Shown piece by piece: positions 47,755 to 61,159 of a stretch of DNA of 64,000 nucleotides. The notes below the pieces were generated by a model. It was not told the DNA's origin, made no database searches, and was given only the letters and a program-made list of their open reading frames with translations. The DNA is taken from contig NW_003314291.1 of assembly GCF_000143415.4 (NCBI RefSeq), positions 699,270-763,269 on the forward strand. The letters are read 5' to 3'. Position numbers and translations under genes: made by a program. The DNA is from Selaginella moellendorffii (lineage: Eukaryota; Plantae; Lycopodiophyta). The first letter of the stretch is position 1. Each line of letters opens with the position of its first letter.

Positions 47755-49214
47755 TCACATCTCGTTGATCGCCTGGGGGTGGTAGTAGCACATCTCCCTC
47801 CACACATACTCCCGCAAGTTACTGCTCGTGTCGACCATTTGATCCTCCATGACATCCGGAGGGATGATATTGTCCGGACGAAACTGGTAGACATCTCCAG
47901 CGTGATTGTCGTGAACCAGATTGAAGTACGGATGATCCAGCGCCTCCGACACGGTGATCCGCTCCTTTGGATCGAAGGCAAGCATCCTCTCGATGAGCTG
48001 CAACGCCTGCGGATTCGCGTGTGGATAGAGGCGAGACAATGGAACTCTCGGCGTTGGCGGCAAGGAGCGGATGTAACTTCGAGCTTTGTGATTGCTGATG
48101 AACCCGAGCTGGCTCTCCTTGGGCGATCCGATCACGTCGATGATGAGCTTGAGCTGGTTGATGTAGTTCTTGCCTGGGAAGATCGGCTTTCTCCCCAGGA
48201 GCTCGGCGAAGATGCATCCCACGGACCAGATGTCAATGGCGCTGGTGTAGTCCTCGCACGAGAGGAGGAGTTCCGGAGCGCGGTACCAGCGAGTGACGAC
48301 GTACTCGGTCATGAACTGGCCTTTCTCTCGCCCGGTTCTCGCCAGGCCGAAGTCGGCGATCTTGAGATCGCAGTTTGCGTTGAGGAGTAAGTTGCCGGGC
48401 TTTAAGTCGCGGTGGAGAACGTTGGCCGAGTGGATGTACTTGAGACCACGAAGCAGCTGGAAGACGAAGAACACACACGTCAATGAAGAAAAAACAAATT
48501 TTTGCGACGGTAGAAACTAGACGGACTGGGAACAGAGGATTTTCATGAGAAAAAAGCATGATTTTGATGGCTGAAAATCGAAGGACAGCATAGAACTAAG
48601 TAGACGAGATCGCGGAGGAGCTGGGACACCGACTAAAACTTAAGAAAAACTGATTTTCCGACGTATGGCAGAACCAAAGGAGCCATGGATCAAACAACTT
48701 AGAGAACAAAACAAGACGTAGGAAATAGAACAAGAAAAAAACCGAGTTGAAAACGAAGGACTATAACCAGGCACAGCTAAACGAGGAGTACCTGATAGAT
48801 AAAGAACTGGTAGTGCTCGTCCGTGAGGGGCTGCGAGGAGCGGATGATCTGGTGCAAATCCGTGTCCATGAGCTCGTAAACCAGGTAGACATCGTTGAAA
48901 GTGTATCTCCCGACGGGTTTCATGATATCCAGCAGCCCCACCACGTTTTCGTGCTGCAAGTACCGCAGCAGTCGCATCTCCCGCAAAGTTCTCAGCGCGT
49001 CGATGGAGTTCTCGAACGCATTCCCAATCTTCTTTATGGCAACCTTGTCCCCGGTCTCCAGATTATCGGCCGAGCACACCACTCCATACGCTCCCTTCCC
49101 CAGCGGACGAATTGGAACATACTTGGTGTCGATCTCAAACAAGCTGTGCCACAGCATGTAGTAGTGCTTGTCTGGAGGGCAGTAGCCATTTGGAGGATCC
49201 ATCTTGGTTGCCAT
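47755..49214 (-). CDS. Mitogen-activated protein kinase, TEY type, group C (MPK1/2/7/14-like)
   Basis: Group C-type N-terminus [29 protein letters not shown]; [10 protein letters not shown]; [17 protein letters not shown]. Single intron at 48457-48791. Confidence 0.95.
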
Positions 49215-50113
49215 AGCTGTGAGAGTGAGAGACCTCTACCTCTCGTTCGTCCGTTCTCTCGAACAGAGAGAAAGAGAGCGAGAGATCTAGCTGAAGCTAC
49301 TGCTGCTGCTGCTACAATTTCCCCCAAGTTTCTTTCCTCTCCCAATTCGAGCTCTGGCTGAGATCTGATACTACTCGGTTTACCTCTAGTTTGCTCGCCC
49401 ACGGCACTCCTGGAAACAAAAAAGGATAAATAGAGATGGAAAGAAAACGTAGTGACCGTGTCAAGAATACTGCGCAGCTAAACACGAACGCTGGAAAGGA
49501 CTGTGGGCGAGGGGATTAGTTTTCACACTTTTCTATCGATTTTAATTGCGTTTGTTGGAAAGACTTACTCGCACTCGTCGTCTGGAGACGCACGAGCATT
49601 TTGTACAGGGGCGCCGAGGGCCACAAACAAAAACACGCTAATAGAGAGAGAGAGAGAGAGAGAGTCGTGGCTATGGCGATGGCGATGAAATGGGGCCGCC
49701 AGGGATGGCGAAGTTGGAACCAGTAAGCGCAACACAACAACAACGAAGAAAAACCATCTCCATCGCGTTCTTGGGTTTACCTCTCAGGTCAGAGGAGGAA
49801 ACCAACAAGGAAAGTGGAACGAAGAAAAAAAATAACTTGGCCAAAGTCAAAAAAGCAGTATCACAATCTTACTCTTGGAGCGAGCATCTTGAGGTCGCGA
49901 CTAGAGAAAACGAAAGAACGAAAACTTTGAACAAGAAAAAGAGAATGTTTGAGAAAAAGAGTTGATCTTTCAGTGTATACTTAGCTAGCTAGTGGATCTG
50001 ATCGAAGCCCACAACGAAAGCGCTACAGAAAAAATTAGTAAAAAGAGAAGACCATTGAAATTTCAAGAGGAGAATGCGTCGTGAACAAACACGGAGGTCA
50101 CACACAAGATCCA

Positions 50114-50187
50114 TTCCGTTGCCGGGATTTGAACCCGGGTCGCCTGGGTGAGAGCCAGGTATCCTGACCGGACTAGACGACAACGGA
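50114..50187 (-). tRNA. tRNA-Glu(CTC)
   Basis: Reverse complement TCCGTTGTCGTCTAGTCCGGTCAGGATACCTGGCTCTCACCCAGGCGACCCGGGTTCAAATCCCGGCAACGGAA; anticodon arm CCTGG-CTCTCAC-CCAGG. Confidence 0.92.
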
Positions 50188-52849
50188 TTTATTAGTCGGG
50201 CTGGCTAAGCTGCCAGATAATTAATACCCGTACCTCTTTTCTCGCTGGAAAGATACCGTACGATTCAAACCAGAAGAATCAGTGGAATACACAGATCTCG
50301 TGTTGTGTTATGGAAGAACGAAAGAGAACGAGGACGAAGGAAAGAACATTTATTTTCTACCAACGTTTCGATTTAAGTCGAGTGACGATCACTTGACTTG
50401 GATTCCAAACTTTGGGACGACGGCCGATCGCTCACTACTCTCCGAGGCTGAAAGGATTTGGGTAGCTGAATGGAAGCGAGGAAGCCCACTGCGAGTAGAA
50501 GAAGTGCTGGAGCATGAGCGGCGGCGGCGTAGCACTGATCCCCATCTGGAAGCAGTAGTACTGCGCCGCGGTGACGGGAATCGCCGAGGCCCAGACGAGG
50601 AAGCAGAGTGGCGGCGGTAGCAGCCATGGAATAGGTGTCCAGCTCGAGGCGATGAGCAAGTTCATCAGAAACGGTGGGAAAAACATGGTGATCGACGGGT
50701 GGAATCGAGTGCCAAAGTTGGAGAAGAGTTTAGGCGATGGATCTCACTCGAAGAGAAAGAAGAAAACTCCTTTTTCTTCTCGATCGTTCTCCTGGTCCTC
50801 TTGAGAAGGCTCTACACTCACACTTGGAAGAACTTTTTCCTCTGATTGGGAGAGAGCAATAGTTCCAAGTAGAAAGAAAAACACTATGCTCACTTATAGC
50901 AAGCTAGAAAACGCACAATCCACTTTTACCCGGAGAAGGCCACGCATGCGCGAATTGGAGGAATCAAAGACTCACATTCCTAGCCTTCGTTCTTCCTCTC
51001 CTCCTCTTCTCTCTCTCTCGCTCGCACCAATTCCTTGCTTTGTTCGCTCGCTATAAACAAAGCGCCTTAAATGATGCGCAACGGACGATCAAACAAGAGA
51101 GAAGAAAGGATCGAAACAAAAGCAGCGAAAAAACTCGCGAGAGAAAGAGAGAAAGCGCTGCGCTGCGCAGCGCCCCCTCCACAGCAAAGCAGCGAATTAG
51201 GGCAGAAAAGCTGGAAGAAGAACAAAGTGTTAAACGAGAGCTCCTAAATGGGAAAGGAGGGTTAAAATTTAACACACATTTGCATGCCAGGTACACGTGT
51301 CGCGCAAGCGAGAACAAGGAATCTTCTTCTTTTTCTTCGTTTCTCTACAGAGATGGAGATGGCGGCTCGCAGAAAATAATAGAAAGCCATGCTTGAGAAG
51401 AACCTGACGCTGGATCTGGCGAGAAATCAGTGTCTCTCTCGCGGGAGCTCCTGGAATCGATGCTGCTTCTCTCCTCCAGGCGAGAAAATTTAATGCCAGT
51501 GCGAGAAGATTCTTGCCTGTGTTGTTCCTCCTGCGCTCGTCCATAAACTTTCGACGCTTGTTTCGTTCTTTGGAAGTTGAAACGATTGGGAGTGAGAAAA
51601 ATGGAAGGTATCTGGAAGATAGAAACAAACAGAGACCTTAATGGAGCTACTGTCCGAGGTGCTGACACCATCGCTTTCTTCCTCTCTAGGAAAATATAAA
51701 GCTTTCGATTTTATTTTTTTGTCTCCACACTGTGATTAAGCTGAGAGCTCGGTGATTCATGCACTGCGCCTGTCACCACAGAGAGATCCATTAAACACAA
51801 AAGGCAAAGAGACACATTGATTTTGTTTGTCAAACGTATTCTTTTGAATTCCAGAGGTTTTTTTTCTTCCTTGGCTGGATTGTTTCAGCCAAGGCATTAA
51901 AAGAACTACTAGTAAATAGATGGACCACAGGGAATATTTGCAAGACAGATTGCCTTGCATAAGCTTTTTTGTCTTGCACATTCTTTGAGTATCTTTCATT
52001 TGAAAGTTCAAGCTTTTGTTCATGAAATGCAAAAACTAATTTCCTGTGCTGTTTGGCTTGCTTGTGTATTTTAAATAATATATATTAAAATATATCCTCT
52101 ATATATTAATTAATTTGGTATTAGTAAAATTCCAAATTGATAACACAACAAAAAACAGTTATGAGAAAATGATTTGTTTTTTTGCACTATTTAATTTAAA
52201 ACACTTACAACTTAATAAATGAAACATTATATAAGCAACTTTAACTTTTTCTTGGACACTTGTTATTGATGATAGCACCTCCTTTTTTAATCAAAGAAAA
52301 TAAAATACTCTAAGATATTTGATTTGCACTTTTATCATTGACAATTAAGAAAGAAGAAAAAGAATTTTATACTCAACACAAGAATATTTTTAGTAAAAAA
52401 CCTAGAGTTTTCCCACTTCCCAAATTCAAACCCTTCTGTCTTGATTATAATTCACAAAAGAGTAACACAAAACAATCCATGAAATCTAAACACAAGATTG
52501 GTCTAAATGAATATCAAGCCTTTAAATAGTAAAATATGTTCCACATATGTTTGCTAAAGCAAATTAAAGTTTTTAGTGACTAACAAAAACAGGGTTTATT
52601 GTGCATTGTCAATATATTAGTGCTATTCCTACTTTTGTATATTTATAAATTTTATCTATATGTGATTTGTTAGTTTCTTAAAATGTGTATTGTCTTTTAT
52701 TATTTTATTCATATCTTTCCTTGTCCATTATTGTTTGAAGTGGTTTTACTTATTGATTTTGATAGTTAATATTGAAATGTCTTGTAATTACTATTAGTTT
52801 TTAAATATATTTTTATATAGTTTTGTATAAATATTTATATATTTAGTTC

Positions 52850-53023
52850 TATGAGTGCATGGAATATGGAAAGGGAATACAGAAATGTGCATATCAATTA
52901 GCCCAAAAACCCTAGCTTATATACAGGAGCGAGTGGTCTGGATTGAAACTAATCCGACGGCTACCAAAATCCACTACGCTAATATTAGTATACGGCATCG
53001 TAGCCGTACACTTGGCCCTCACA
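52850..53023 (-). repeat. 3' LTR
   Basis: Matches 57683-57856; the terminal TG reads TA on the + strand. Confidence 0.95.
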
Positions 53024-53055
53024 TCATCCCCTCCTCTCGGAATAATGGAAGGCCG

Positions 53056-56000
53056 TCAGGGTTCTCTTGTAGATGGGCCGGGATCTGGAGGAACGTCAGG
53101 AGGAGGCATCGGCGGATTTGTAGACGGTATTAACTGCTCCTGATCCCTTTGTATGAAGCGTTTTAACCGCTGCACATGCATAATCTCCGGAGGATCGGCC
53201 TGCTGAACGTCATGCCGAACCTCATAAACTTGCGGTCCAACTTGCTGCAACACCCGATACGGTCCTTTCCACTGCGCAAGGAGCCCCTTAGATAAACCAC
53301 GTACCGTAAGATGGGGAAAACGGACTAACACCAAATCATCCACTTTGTACTCCGCAGGTGGACGATGATGGGAGTTGTAGCGCCGTTGTTGTCCCACTTG
53401 TACGCGGCCTAAGTGTTCGGCAGACTCTGCTCGGACAAGTGGAAGAATGTTTGTCAAATACAGATCCCATGACCTAGCATCAGGAGCTCGTGGCAATTGC
53501 GAAGGTAAACCCAACTCTGTTGGTAATATTGGATCATGACCATATAGAAGTTTATATGGTGAAGCACCAACAGAACTCTACACCCCTGTGACATAGGCAT
53601 ACCGAAGAGACGGCAAATAACCATCCCAATCCGAATGCTGAAAGTTCACATACTTCGAAATCATCCCTTTGAATGTCCGAACGAGCCGTTCCACCAAACC
53701 GTCTGATTGTGGATGATAAGAACTCGTAAAAGTGTGGCGTATCCCCAACCGAGATGTCAAAACATGAAATACCTCAGCCATAAATGCAAGACCATTATCC
53801 GAAAGAATCCGCTCTGGACAAGAATGCTGAAACACCACTCGATTGAGGAGGAAGTATCCAACAGCAGTTGCAGAGGCACTAGCAAGAGCACCAACTTCCA
53901 CCCAACGAGTCAAGTAGTCAGAAGCAATAATAACATACTCATTGCCAGCAGTTGATCGTGGAAAAGGTCCCATAAGATCAAACGCCACCAACTCAAACGG
54001 ACGGGAAACTGCAATTGACTCCAACCGTCCTTCTGCAGCATAAGGGGGAGTATTACGAGCTTGGCACCAAACGCAGCTACGCACATACCGGATAATATCA
54101 CGTCGCATTTCCGGCCAATAGAAAGACCTGCGCAGCTTCTCGGTGACACGACGGTGTCCCATATGCCCACCTAGAACAGGAGAATCATGGTAGGCATGGA
54201 GAAACCGCGGAATAAACACTGAAGGTACCACCAGTCGTAAATGATCATCAGGATCCGTCCCCACAAAATAAAGAAGGCCATCTTCAAGGCGATATTGAGA
54301 ATGTAAATGCCGGAAAGGCAAGTCATCAGCAAGTGATGCAGGATTCTCAAACCCATCTCGAAGCCTTCGAATCCACGGCTCAATCTTCTGAGCCTCGCGA
54401 ACCTCCTCAAGAGAAGGCAGATCTTGCTCTGCACCCTGTGGACACTGAACGTCAAGGACAGCAACTGCCGATGGCATAGAATCCTCATCTAGAAAATCCA
54501 CAGATGCTGGAACAACAGGTTCGTCAGAATGATGAGAAGTGAGTGGAGAAGGAAGAGGAGCTCGAGAAAGGGCATTAGCATCAGCCATAGAACTCCCTGG
54601 GCGATGAACAACATCGAAATCATATATCTGAAGCTTCAAGGCCCATCGAGCCGTACGACCAACCAGGTTCTTCTGCTTCAATAATGAAGTAACAGCAGCA
54701 TGGTCACCTTCAAGTAACGTCCGAGAACCATGTAGATATGCATGAAGTTTCTCGAAACCCCAGACTGCTGCTAAACACTCCTTCTCCGTTGTGGAGTAGT
54801 TCATCTCCGCTGGTTGTAATGTACGGCTTATGTATGCAATGGGATGGCGCTGACCAGGCACACTCGAGCTCTCTTGCATCAACACACCTCCAAGACCAAT
54901 GTCAGAAGCATCCACGCGCAAAATAAAAGGTCGATTGTAGTCAGGATATGCCAAAACCGGAGGAGTTGTCAATAGCTCTTTGAGATCCACGAATGCCCGC
55001 TCACAATCCGGAGACCAGATGAAAGATGACATTGATGACTTCAGCAACGCTCGCAATGGTGTAGTGCGATTGAAAAGATGATCCACAAAACGACCAAGAT
55101 ACTGCACCTTACCCAAAAAGCGCTGCACATCATTCACACACTTCGGAGTAGGGAACTTTAGAACAGCCACAAGTTTGTCAGGATCAACTTGCAAACCCTC
55201 ACGAGAAATACGGTACCCAAGATAAGTTGTGTCCTTGGACCCAAACACGCACTTCGACCGCTTCAGCTTTAAACCAACGTCGCGTAGCCGATCCAACACT
55301 TTACAAACATCACGAACATGCTCCTCCCACGTCCCCTCCGAGTGGATCAAGACATCATCAATGAAGTCAGCAGTCACCTCCGGCATATCGCAAAGAACCT
55401 CGTCCATCATCCGCTGGAAAGTTGCTGGAGCATTGTTCAAACCAAACGGCATCACCAAGAACTCGTACAAACCAAATGGTGTACGAAAAGCAGTCTGAGG
55501 AATATCTTCTTCGGCCATTGGTACTTGCCAATACCCAGAAGCAAGATCTAGCTTGGTGAACCAACGACTGCGCCCCAGACGATCCAAGAGATCAACAGTG
55601 TGAGGAAGAGGATACACATCTAGGATCGTCACTTCGTTTAACGGACGATAGTCGATGCAGAAACAAATACTCCCATCAGGCTTCGTCACAAGATGAGGTT
55701 CACATGCCCAAGGACTCCGCGACTTCCAAATAACACCCTTTTCCAGCATTTCCTTGACGTTTGCTCGTAAAATTTTGATCTCCTTAGGTGACCGACGACG
55801 AACAGGAACCTTGATTGGACGAGCATCCCCGGTGGGAATTGGATGACGTGTGGCAATCTTGGCCCCAGACGATAGGTCAAATTCAAAGAGATCAGAATAC
55901 TCCTTCATGAGTCGGTCAACTGCTGCAACACAAAGATCGTCGGAGGGATCGGAAAAGAGAAAAGCAGAACAAGATGGAAACACAGAAGGAAAGAGTGGGG

Positions 56001-56145
56001 AAACAAAAGTAATGGAAGCAGAGGTAGAAGTAGAGGGACGAAGAGGTATGGAAGTGAGAGGAATGGATGAAACATAAGGAAGTATGAGACAAGGGGGAGA
56101 AGCCTCAAAGTCACACTTGACATGATTGCGCTGCAACCAATCCAT
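53056..56145 (-). pseudogene. pol: RT, RNase H and integrase, with a nonsense codon at 53578
   Basis: RT motifs CIDYRPLN, LDLASGYWQ, MPFGLNNAPATFQ and FIDDVLI. RNase H DASDIGLGGVL. Integrase HMGH..C..C, DLMGP, SDNG, VER and WKGPY. No chromodomain seen. Confidence 0.93.
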
Positions 56146-56149
56146 ACCA

Positions 56150-57448
56150 GAATGAAGTCAAAAGCTTCACTCGGCACCACCCGTAACGACTGCAACTCAA
56201 GCTCGAGATCGCCCACACGCACAACCAGGTCCACCTCATCCCGTCCACATGCATGTGTACGGCCGTTGCCATAAAGAATGAAAACTGGTTCTGCCGCATG
56301 ACGCAAGTGTAGATGACAACGTGTGGCAACAGGTCGAGCAATAGAAGATAAACTCGAACCTGTATCAACCAACACGGAGAGAATAATAGGAGACTTCTTG
56401 TTATAAAAACGAGCTTGGAAAGTAAACACTGGATGAACTGGTGCCGAGTGAACCCCTTGATGATACTCCCAAAAGAAAGATGGAGGGGTCACTGATTTAT
56501 TCGCGCAAGGTCCCTCCGTTACTCGCACGACTCCTCGTTTCCCGGATGTATCTCGGTATCCAGACCTTCCACTGCAGCAGCACCCAGGGGATGTTGCTAA
56601 CGCCAAGGTCTCCACCCAGGAAATGGAGGTCGCCAATCCGGAAAACGACGGCAACGCCGATAAGTATGACCAACTTCATCACACACCCAGCAGCGAACAT
56701 CATAGCCACGACCATGTCCTCGCGCTTGTCCTTGGACTCGAGCAGCAGCAGCATCAACCTCCATTGGAACAGGACCATCACCCATAGGAAGTGGAGCGGA
56801 AGGACGTGCAGCGAGAAGTGGAAGAGGCGATGTCTCATAACGTTGTGCCAAACGAAGAGCATCGTCAAGGGTGGCAGGAGCAAGTGCATGCACAAGTCCA
56901 AGATCTTGACGAAGTGCTGGCCACAACATTCCTAGCTTAATCCGCTCCGACATATTTGGCTCCGCACGAAGCAAAAGACTTCGGAAACGAACGCCAAATT
57001 GCATCACCGACTCCGATGGCCCTTGGCGAAGACGATGCAATTGTTGGAAAGCATCATCACAATCATCGGCATGTCCGAAGGCGCGTTTGAAGACGTCCGG
57101 GAGAACACTCCAATCCCCACGAGTAGCTGCGCTCAAACCATTGTACCACTGCAACGCCGTCCCTTGGAAACACGTGGGAAACTCACGCAACCGTCGAGCA
57201 TCATCCCAAGAATGATATGTGGCAATCACCGTAAAGTGATCGAATCAATGGTACACATCATCCCCAGGATTCCCGCGAAAGAACTCCGGCCGAACGCGAG
57301 GATTGGCACCAAAAGCAGGAGGAGTTGTACCACGTGCCGTGAACGCCGCCATCAACTGAGTTTGGTTGTTCAATTGCAAGCGCATAGCATCAAGCAATTG
57401 AACCAACTGCTACTCTAGAGTCAAAGGAGGAGATTGCGGATTGGCCAT
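56150..57448 (-). pseudogene. gag and aspartic protease of the Gypsy element (stops and frameshifts)
   Basis: Capsid-like FQGTALQWY and LRQGPSESV; zinc knuckle CWVCDEVGHTYRRC; protease VLVDTGSS. Frameshift near 56150 and an early TAG near 57410. Confidence 0.88.
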
Positions 57449-57682
57449 GAAGATGAACGAAAAAGAAAGAGCAAAAGAAGAGAAATGACAAAAAAGCTGG
57501 AAAGAAATGGTAGATCTAGACAATGCAAAAAGCTAGATCGAAACCAAAATCCTGAAAGGAAAGAACAAAAGAAAGGAAATGGAAAAAGTTAGATCTAGAC
57601 GATGCAAAAGCTAGATCTAAACCGAAATCCCAAATCCAAGCACTCCCCAGGGACAATCAAAGGTGCCCCTCATCTCCACCAA

Positions 57683-57856
57683 TGTGAGTGCATGGAATAT
57701 GGAAAGGGAATACAGAAATGTGCATATCAATTAGCCCAAAAACCCTAGCTTATATACAGGAGCGAGTGGTCTGGATTGAAACCAATCCGACGGCTACCAA
57801 AATCCACTACGCTAATATTAGTATACGGCATCGTAGCCGTACACTTGGCCCTCACA
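57683..57856 (-). repeat. 5' LTR
   Basis: TG...CA termini, followed on the minus strand by PBS TGGTGGAGATGAGGGGCA. Confidence 0.95.
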
Positions 57857-57860
57857 GTTC

Positions 57861-57995
57861 AGATTTATATAAATTTAGTATTGTGGGATTTTGATAGCCC
57901 TCAGATTAATTTCAATCCAAACCATTCACTTCTATATATAAGCTTAATCAAAATATATATTTCTGTATTCCATTTCTATATTATATACACTTACA
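57861..57995 (+). mobile_element. Decayed partial LTR of the same family
   Basis: ggattttgatagcc...tttcaatccaaaccattcacttctatatataagct...tttctgtattccatttctatatt aligns by eye to the reverse complement of the 174-bp LTR. Confidence 0.6.
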
Positions 57996-58088
57996 AAATT
58001 TATAATTTTTTAATAATGTTTTCTATATATATTATATTGCCATTAATTTTGTTTTTAAAAGTTTTAATTTTTTAGATTTATATTCATT

Positions 58089-61000
58089 TGTGATGTCCAA
58101 ATATATAGCTATAATGCTGTAAATTAATATTAACGTAATAGGATTTTAATAACCATTGAATTGATTTCAATCCACTCTTATATATAAACTAGGGTTTATA
58201 GGTTGATTGATATACACACATTTATATATTCCATTTCTTTATTCAATATACTCACATTAGTGGAGATGAAGGGCAATTTTGATTATCCCTAAGGAATGTT
58301 TGGAATTAGGATTTAAATTTAGATCTAGCTTTTACATAATTTAAATCTCCTTTCTTTATAGCTTTTTCAAAAAAAAATCTTTTGCTTTTTCCTTCATCTT
58401 CATGGTAGAGCAGTAGCCTCCCCTTCCTTTGACTCTAGAGTAACAATTAATGTAATTGCTCCATGCGATGTAGTTGTAGTTGAACAATCAAACTTAATTA
58501 ATGGTGATATTCACAATACATGGTACAACTCTTTTTACTTTTGTTGCCAATCTTTATGTCTGGTCCGAGTTCTTTTATAGAAAACCTGGGGATAATGTTT
58601 ACTATTAGTTTGATCACTTTATGGTAATTGCCATATATCATTCTTAGGATTATGCTTAACATCTGCATGAGTTTCCCACATGTTTCCAAGGGACAACATT
58701 GTAATGGTACAATGGTTTGAGTGCAACTATTTATGCAAATTGAAACATTCTTTTAAACATCTTCAAATGTGTATTTAGACATGATGACGATTGTGATAAT
58801 GCATTCCAATAATTGCATTATCTTCGTAAAGGCCATCTAAATCAATGATGCAATTTAATATTCATTTTTGAAACTTCTTACCTCTTGTGGAGCGAAATAT
58901 ATCAGAGTGGATTAAGTTGGGAATGTTGTGGTTAGCACTTTATTAAGATCTTGTAAGATTTGTGCATGCACTTGCTCTAGCCACCCTTGACAATACTCTT
59001 CCCTTGATATAATATTATGAGATGTTGTTTTTTCCACTTTTTGTTACACATCTTTCAACTCCACTTCCTATGGGAGATGAATTTATTCTAATAGACTACT
59101 ATTGTCCAAGTTCAAGGATAAGAGCAATGACGTGGTTGAGACCATGATGTTTGTTATTAGGTATGTGATGAAATTAATTACACTTATCAACATTGTTAGT
59201 GTTTTTTGGATTGACAAACTCCATTTCTTAGGTAGAGACTTTGGCATCAACAATGTCTTGTTAGTGCTCTTGCAATGGAAGGTCTGGATACTAAGATGCT
59301 TCTAGGAAATAAAGGGTCACATGATAGTAAAGGTTTTTGCGCAAATAAATTAGTGACCTTTCCATCTTTCTTTTTAAATTATTATCAAGAGGTTCATTTG
59401 GCATCTGTTCATTTAGTGTTTACTTTCGAAATTTATTTTTTATTACAAAAGGTTTCTTATTATTCTCTCCATGTTGATTGATATAAACTCAAGTTAATTT
59501 TCCATTGCTTGTTGCCACATATTGCCATTTATATTTGCATTGTGTGGTAGAGCCAATTTTTAGTCTTTCTGGCAATAGCCGTACACACTCATATGCTTGG
59601 GATGAAGCAAACCTAGTTGTGCATATGGGCAATCTCAAGTTTAAATTATAGTCATTATAGGTAGTGCTAAGTCAAACTTTTGACCTCATATTTAGTATAG
59701 ATTAGTTGCAGCACAAGCTAAATATGACATTAAGGCTTCTCCCCTTTTAAAAGTATCATCAAGGGGTTCACTTAGCATTTATTCATTTAGTGTTTACTTT
59801 CCAAGTTTGTTTTTATTACGAAAGGTCTCATATTATTCTCTCTATGTTGATTGATACATACTCAAGTTTATTTTTTATTGCTTAGCTTGTTGCCACATAT
59901 TGCTGTCTATATTTACGTCAGATGGCAAAGCTAGTTTTCATTTTATATGGCAATAGTAGTACCCATGTATGTGCACAGGATGGGCAGACGTAGTTGTGCA
60001 TTTGGGCGATCTTAAGCTTAAGCTGCAGAAATTGCAAGTGGTGCTAAGTTAAACTTTTGACCTCATCCTTGGTATAGACTGATTGTAGTGCAATCATGCC
60101 AAATGTGATTTTGAGGCTTTTCTCCCTTGTTTAATACTTTTTTATATTTCTTCTATTCCTCTTACTTTTGTTCCTCTTTATTTTTTTATTTTACCTTTGC
60201 TTCCATCAGTTTTGTCTCCCTATTACTTTCTCATATGTTTCCATCTTATTCCTTTATTCCTTCTTTATATCCCTTCAACAATCTTTGTATTGTAGTAGTT
60301 GACTAGCTCATAGAAGTGTATTCTTTAAATTTGATTTATTGTCTAGGGCCAAGATAACAATATATTATCTTATTCCAACTAAGGATGCTTGTCCAATCAA
60401 GGTTCCTATTCGTCGTTGGTCATTAAAAGAGATTAAGATTTTACTTGCAAATATCAAGAAAAATGGGTGTTATTCAAAAGTTGTAGAGTCTTTGGGCATA
60501 TAAACCTCATCTTATGATGAAGTCTAATTAAGGTATTTGTTTTTGCATTAATTATTGTCTATTAAACAAAATGACAATCCCAGATATATACCCTCTTCCT
60601 CACTACTAATATCCTAGATCGTATGGGGAGAAGTTGTTAATTCACCAAGTTAGATTTTCCTTTTGGATACTAGTAAGTGCCAATGGCTAAGGAAAATATT
60701 CCTAACACTAATTTTTATACACTATTTAGTTTATATGAGTTCTTGGTGATGTTATTTGGTTTGAATAATGCTATAGTGACTTTTCATCAGATGATGGACG
60801 AAATTATTTGCAATATGCTAGAGGTGATTATTGACTTCATCGATGATGTCTTAATCCATTTGGAGGGGATGTGAGAAAAACACATTTATGATATTCATAA
60901 GGTATTTGATGGGTGAGAAGTTGTTTTAAAAATAAAGTGATCAAAGTGTGTTTTGGGTCCAAGTCCATTTGGAGGAGATCACTACCATATGAAGGATTTG

Positions 61001-61155
61001 AGTGTCTTGTAGTTTATCCCGGAGACAATGTTCTATGTATTAAGTTCCCTACTCCAAAGTGTGTAAATGATATGTAATGCTTTTTAGGCAAGATGCAATA
61101 TCTTGACCATTTCGTTAAGCATTTTTTTTATTGTATTGCACCATTGAAAGCATTG
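58089..61155 (+). mobile_element. Old decayed, 3'-truncated copy of the same Gypsy family (LTR-PBS-gag-PR-RT), inverted relative to the young copy
   Basis: LTR remnant 58089-58256; PBS remnant ttagtggagatgaagggca; RT remnant LYEFLVMLFGLNNAIVTFHQMMDE..FIDDVLIH (60677-60874). Collinear with the reverse complement of about 57856-55040. Confidence 0.9.
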
Positions 61156-61159
61156 TGTA

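Larger units (their letters stand above)
52850..57856 (-). mobile_element. Full-length Ty3/Gypsy LTR retrotransposon (~5.0 kb), recently inserted, coding region disrupted
   Basis: 174-bp LTRs at 52850-53023 and 57683-57856 with 2 differences. GTTC on both flanks. PBS at about 57664-57681; PPT at 53024-53040. Domain order gag-PR-RT-RNaseH-IN. Confidence 0.96.

Noticed and set aside
50373-50686. Short minus-strand ORFs upstream of tRNA-Glu
   Set aside because: GC-rich and possibly transcribed, but no family is recognisable and the reading frame cannot be chosen.
51040-51700. Partial matches to conserved miRNA words (gagctcc) after a TATA-like site
   Set aside because: No full mature miRNA match or convincing hairpin found by eye.
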